Of a stretch of 64,000 bases of DNA, positions 61,397-64,000 are shown piece by piece. The stretch spans positions 19,350-83,349 of the forward strand of contig QKHC01000114.1 in the NCBI GenBank assembly GCA_003251175.1, read 5' to 3'. The notes under the pieces were generated by a model. The model was given only the letters and a program-made list of their open reading frames with translations, did not search any database and had not been told where the DNA came from. Numbering within the stretch: position 1 is the stretch's first letter; each line of letters opens with the position of its first letter. Made by a program: the position numbers and the translations under genes. Origin of the DNA: Gemmatimonadota bacterium (GTDB lineage Bacteria > Gemmatimonadota > Gemmatimonadetes > Gemmatimonadales > GWC2-71-9).

Positions 61397-62167
61397 TCAG
61401 GCGGCGCGCGCGGCCGTGGCCAGGACGCGCGTCCCGGCGGTCGGGGTGGTCAGCAACTCGAGGTCGCCGATGCGGACAGCCACGGTGCCACCCGCGAGGG
61501 CAGCGGCGGCGGCATCGAGCTTGGCGACCATGCCGCTGTGCACACTGCCCCCCGCGACGAGGTGCGGCACTTCGGACAGCTGCAGTGCCGCGCGAACATC
61601 ACCGTTCACGATGACGCCTGCCACATCCGACACGAGCAGGAGCTCCGCCGCGCCGAGGGCGCCTGCAATCGCCGCCGCAGCGTGATCGGCATTCACATTC
61701 AACGGTGGTCCGGCGTCGGCGCCAGCTGTCGGTGCCATCGGGGCGATGACCGGTGTGAGCCCGGCGAGCATGAGACTGTGCAGCAACGCGGCGCGGACCT
61801 CGGTGATGCGACCCACGTGTCCGAGGCCGGGCTCGAGGGGCACCGCCGTGAGAAGTCCGCCGTCCACGCCGCACAGCCCGAGCGCGTCCATGCCCGCCAG
61901 ACGCAGCGCCGCCACCACCTGGCGGTTGACCGGTCCAGCGAGCGCCATCTCCACCGCCGCCGCGATACCCGGCGACGTCACGCGCAGGCCATCCCGCTTG
62001 TCGGTGGGCAGTCCCAGCCTGGCGGACAGCTCGGTGATGGCCCGCCCACCACCGTGTACGACGACCACGGGGTGCGTCGACTGCGCGATCAGCCGGGCGC
62101 ACCGGGCGAGCCACCCGGCGTGCTCGAGCTCATGGCCGCCGAGCTTGACGACACGTATGCCGTTCAC
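61397..62167 (-). CDS. argB: acetylglutamate kinase
   Basis: VVKLGG, VVVHGGG, and an amino-acid-kinase fold ..NVNADHAAAAIAGAL.. of typical length. Confidence 0.9.
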   Translation of the reverse strand: MNGIRVVKLGGHELEHAGWLARCARLIAQSTHPVVVVHGGGRAITELSARLGLPTDKRDGLRVTSPGIAAAVEMALAGPVNRQVVAALRLAGMDALGLCGVDGGLLTAVPLEPGLGHVGRITEVRAALLHSLMLAGLTPVIAPMAPTAGADAGPPLNVNADHAAAAIAGALGAAELLLVSDVAGVIVNGDVRAALQLSEVPHLVAGGSVHSGMVAKLDAAAAALAGGTVAVRIGDLELLTTPTAGTRVLATAARAA

Positions 62168-62186
62168 CGCACGGCTCCGGTCCGGC

Positions 62187-63146
62187 TCAGCACGGCAGCC
62201 CCGCAGTTTCGGGGAACGCCATCATCAGGTTCATGTTCTGAACAGCCTGACCGGCGGCACCCTTTACCAGGTTGTCGATTGCCGCCACGACGGTCAGCCG
62301 CGGCCGACGCACTCGCGCCACGGCCGCCACCCCCAGCGCCACGATGTTGCGGTAGACGACGTCACGGAGAGCTGGTAGGCGCTGGGGCAGGATGCGCACG
62401 AAGGGCTCATCCGCATACGCGGCGGCGAAAATGCCCTCTGCCGTGGACTGATCAACGACGCGGGTGAGCGGGACGTGGATCGTCTCGAGGATTCCGCGGC
62501 GGACCGGCAGGAGGTGCGGAGTGAAGACTACGTCCCCCGCAAACCCGCCGACGCGCGCCAGCATGCCCTGAAGCTCGGGAAGGTGGCGGTGGCTGTTGCC
62601 CGCCGCGTATGCTCGGTAGTCCTCGGCGACCTCGCCGAACAGCAGCTCGCGGGTCGGGCTGCGACCCGCTCCCGTCACACCCGACGCCGCGTCCACGATG
62701 ATTTCCCGGGATGCATCGAGGAGGCCCTGATGCGCCAGCGGCAGCAGCGCGAGCAGCGCCGCGGTGGGATAGCAGCCCGGATTGGCGACCAGTGCCGCGT
62801 CGGCCAGCTGGGGCCGGGCGAACTCGGTGAGACCGTAGACGGCCTCGTCGGACAGGCGCAGATCAGCCGACAGATCGACGACGCGTCGCCCCGCCTCCCG
62901 CGCAGCCCTGACATAGGGCGCCGATACGCCGTGCGGAAGGCACGACAGGACGGCCTCCGCCCGATGCAGCGGGGCGTCTGCGGCGCGGACCAGCGGCACT
63001 CCTTCGAGGTCGCCACCGGCGGCCGATTCCGCAGTGGCGAACGCAACGGTGGCATGGGGGTGCCCCGCCAGCAACCGCAGCAGCTCGCGGCCGACGTACC
63101 CAGATGCGCCGAAAACGCCCACCGGCACACGTGTATTTATATGCAT
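62187..63146 (-). CDS. argC: N-acetyl-gamma-glutamyl-phosphate reductase
   Basis: GVFGASGYVGRELLRLL and VANPGCYPTAALLAL (catalytic Cys). Start is ATG 63146, or a downstream GTG at 63128. Confidence 0.9.
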   Translation of the reverse strand: MHINTRVPVGVFGASGYVGRELLRLLAGHPHATVAFATAESAAGGDLEGVPLVRAADAPLHRAEAVLSCLPHGVSAPYVRAAREAGRRVVDLSADLRLSDEAVYGLTEFARPQLADAALVANPGCYPTAALLALLPLAHQGLLDASREIIVDAASGVTGAGRSPTRELLFGEVAEDYRAYAAGNSHRHLPELQGMLARVGGFAGDVVFTPHLLPVRRGILETIHVPLTRVVDQSTAEGIFAAAYADEPFVRILPQRLPALRDVVYRNIVALGVAAVARVRRPRLTVVAAIDNLVKGAAGQAVQNMNLMMAFPETAGLPC

Positions 63147-63170
63147 TAGACGGCAAAAATATGCATTCCG
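63131..63170 (-). promoter_or_regulatory. pair of ARG-box-like AT-rich elements at the argC start/promoter (9-bp repeat ATATGCATT at 63139-63147 and 63159-63167, 20 bp apart)
   Basis: Read directly. This is the only AT-rich island in the area. Each repeat sits in an imperfect palindrome of TGCAT/ATRCA half-sites separated by A/T (minus strand AATGCATATAAATACA and AATGCATATTTTTGCC). Confidence 0.4.
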
Positions 63171-63200
63171 GCAGGGAGCGCAAGGGCGCCGGCGGTCGGC

Positions 63201-63659
63201 CTACGGCGGCAGGCGCCGAGCGATGCGCAGCTCGCTGGAATCGGGGTACTTCACCAGCAGCCGGTCCAGCAGGGCATCCGCGCGCGGCTTGTCGTAGAGC
63301 CGCTCCCGGTAGATCTCGGCCAGCCGGATGCTCGCGAGGATCTCGCGCCGCCGCGGCAACCCGGGCCGTGCGAGTCGCGCTTCCAGGTCGGCGATCTCGT
63401 CATCCAGCGTGATCACCGACCCCGTGAAAAGCTGGCGGTGCAGGAATCGACCGAGCGGTTCGATCGCCACCTCGTAGACCTGGGCGCTGAACACCCACAG
63501 GGTCCACAACCCGCCCAGCAGACCGAGCCCCCGCCAGGGAATGGTGCCGGAGGCGCCAGCAGCCACCACAATCCCGATCGCAACTACCGCCATCGCGCCG
63601 AGAAAGAATCCTCGGACGATGGCGAGGGGCCCCGGCGGATCGAGGGGATCGAACGACAT
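63201..63659 (-). CDS. membrane protein with 2 TM helices and a C-terminal helical (TPR-like) tail, unknown function
   Basis: Peptide MSFDPLDPPGPLAIVRGFFLGAMAVVAIGIVVAAG.., LLGGLWTLWVFSAQVY.., then ..LAEIYRERLYDKPRADALLDRLLVKYPDS.. Architecture resembles the 23314-24735 paralogs. Confidence 0.6.
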   Translation of the reverse strand: MSFDPLDPPGPLAIVRGFFLGAMAVVAIGIVVAAGASGTIPWRGLGLLGGLWTLWVFSAQVYEVAIEPLGRFLHRQLFTGSVITLDDEIADLEARLARPGLPRRREILASIRLAEIYRERLYDKPRADALLDRLLVKYPDSSELRIARRLPP

Positions 63660-63665
63660 GCTCCG

Positions 63666-63694
63666 ATTGTAGGAACCGCTCGGCGGCGCATCAA
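63666..63694 (-). promoter_or_regulatory. sigma70-type promoter: TTGATG, 17-nt spacer, TACAAT, 6 nt before ATG 63659 (leaderless layout)
   Basis: On the plus strand these read catcaa at 63689-63694 and attgta at 63666-63671. Read directly. Confidence 0.5.
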
Positions 63695-63695
63695 G

Positions 63696-63724
63696 TTGAC
63701 ACCCGGCGGGAGCCGGGCTAAAAC
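63696..63724 (+). promoter_or_regulatory. divergent promoter candidate: TTGACA, 17-nt spacer, TAAAAC
   Basis: TTGACA at 63696-63701 and TAAAAC at 63719-63724, about 40 nt before GTG 63765. It lies back-to-back with the minus-strand -35 element. Confidence 0.35.
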
Positions 63725-63764
63725 CATAGCCATCCTCCACCGGTGCGGTCCCCTGGTGTCACAC

Positions 63765-64000
63765 CCGTTCTCTCGTCGGACCTTCCTGACGGCTGCGGCC
63801 GGGAGCGTGGCTGCGGGCAGGACCCTTGGCATTCCGCACGCGCTGCGGGAAGCCCGACCGCTGTCGCCGAGCCGCTGGGCCGCTCGGCCGGTTGCGATTT
63901 CGAGCGCCAATTCGCTCGCTCCGGTGCAGCGCGCCTTCGAGCTGCTGACCGGAGGCGCCGATCCGCTCGACGCCATCGTGGAAGCGGTGAAGATCCAGGA
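63765..64000 (+). CDS. 5' part of a Tat-exported Ntn-hydrolase (isoaspartyl peptidase / L-asparaginase / glycosylasparaginase family); continues beyond the window
   Basis: GTG 63765. Twin-arginine signal is FSRRTFLTAAAGSVAAG. Then ..PVAISSANSLAPVQRAFELLTGGADPLDAIVEAVKIQ, the typical N-terminus of the asparaginase_2 family. Confidence 0.65.

Noticed and set aside
60128-62467. Very long ORFs in the track with no recognisable domains. Examples: 60128..62467 + (779 aa), 15991..17751 + (586 aa), 51336..52907 + (523 aa), 20164..21366 + (400 aa), 29674..30885 - (403 aa), 34618..35760 - (380 aa), 3950..4975 - (341 aa), 5876..6865 - (329 aa).
   Set aside because: Each lies antisense to, or out of frame with, a gene carrying unmistakable family motifs (argB/argC/argD, the TonB receptor, leuS, the S9 peptidase, the Mo-hydroxylase large subunit, the kinase). 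Their translations are Arg/Gly/Pro/Ala-rich low-complexity strings, typical of stop-codon-poor shadow frames in high-GC DNA.

Overview
Very GC-rich bacterial chromosomal segment (about 70% by eye, not computed), densely coding on both strands. I support about 65 CDS. I recognised no rRNA, tRNA, CRISPR array, transposase or integrase. The six-frame track is dominated by GC-driven shadow ORFs and over-long N-terminal extensions, so I re-derived most starts from the sequence.

Content is mostly core metabolism: uppS, ackA, metH, fabH, leuS, serA plus a class-V aminotransferase, and argC-argB-argD plus a short GNAT. These are interspersed with many envelope genes (outer-membrane barrels, an Omp85-family protein, a TonB-dependent receptor operon), two ECF sigma modules, an orphan MCP, a three-subunit molybdenum hydroxylase (XDH/CODH family) and several small secreted proteins of unknown function. 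The gene repertoire is reminiscent of Gemmatimonadota/Acidobacteriota-type genomes (low confidence, no search possible).

The observation most worth follow-up is a secreted AhpC/Bcp-type peroxiredoxin. The ORF caller splits it at an in-frame TGA that sits exactly at the peroxidatic-Cys position (..RTPG-TGA-TIQMEAYRD..). A 7-bp hairpin follows 14 nt downstream. This makes it either a candidate selenocysteine peroxiredoxin or a nonsense pseudogene.

Other notable points:
- A recurrent leaderless-mRNA promoter layout (TANNNT 5-9 nt before the start codon).
- Pervasive NTGA start/stop overlaps, including a possible CTG start for metH.
- A split molybdenum-hydroxylase locus with a DinB gene remnant at the junction.
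- Octanucleotide tandem repeats in two subunits of that enzyme.
- A nitrilase coupled to two tandem paralogous membrane/TPR-like proteins.
- ARG-box-like repeats at argC.

I found no clear defence system or mobile element.
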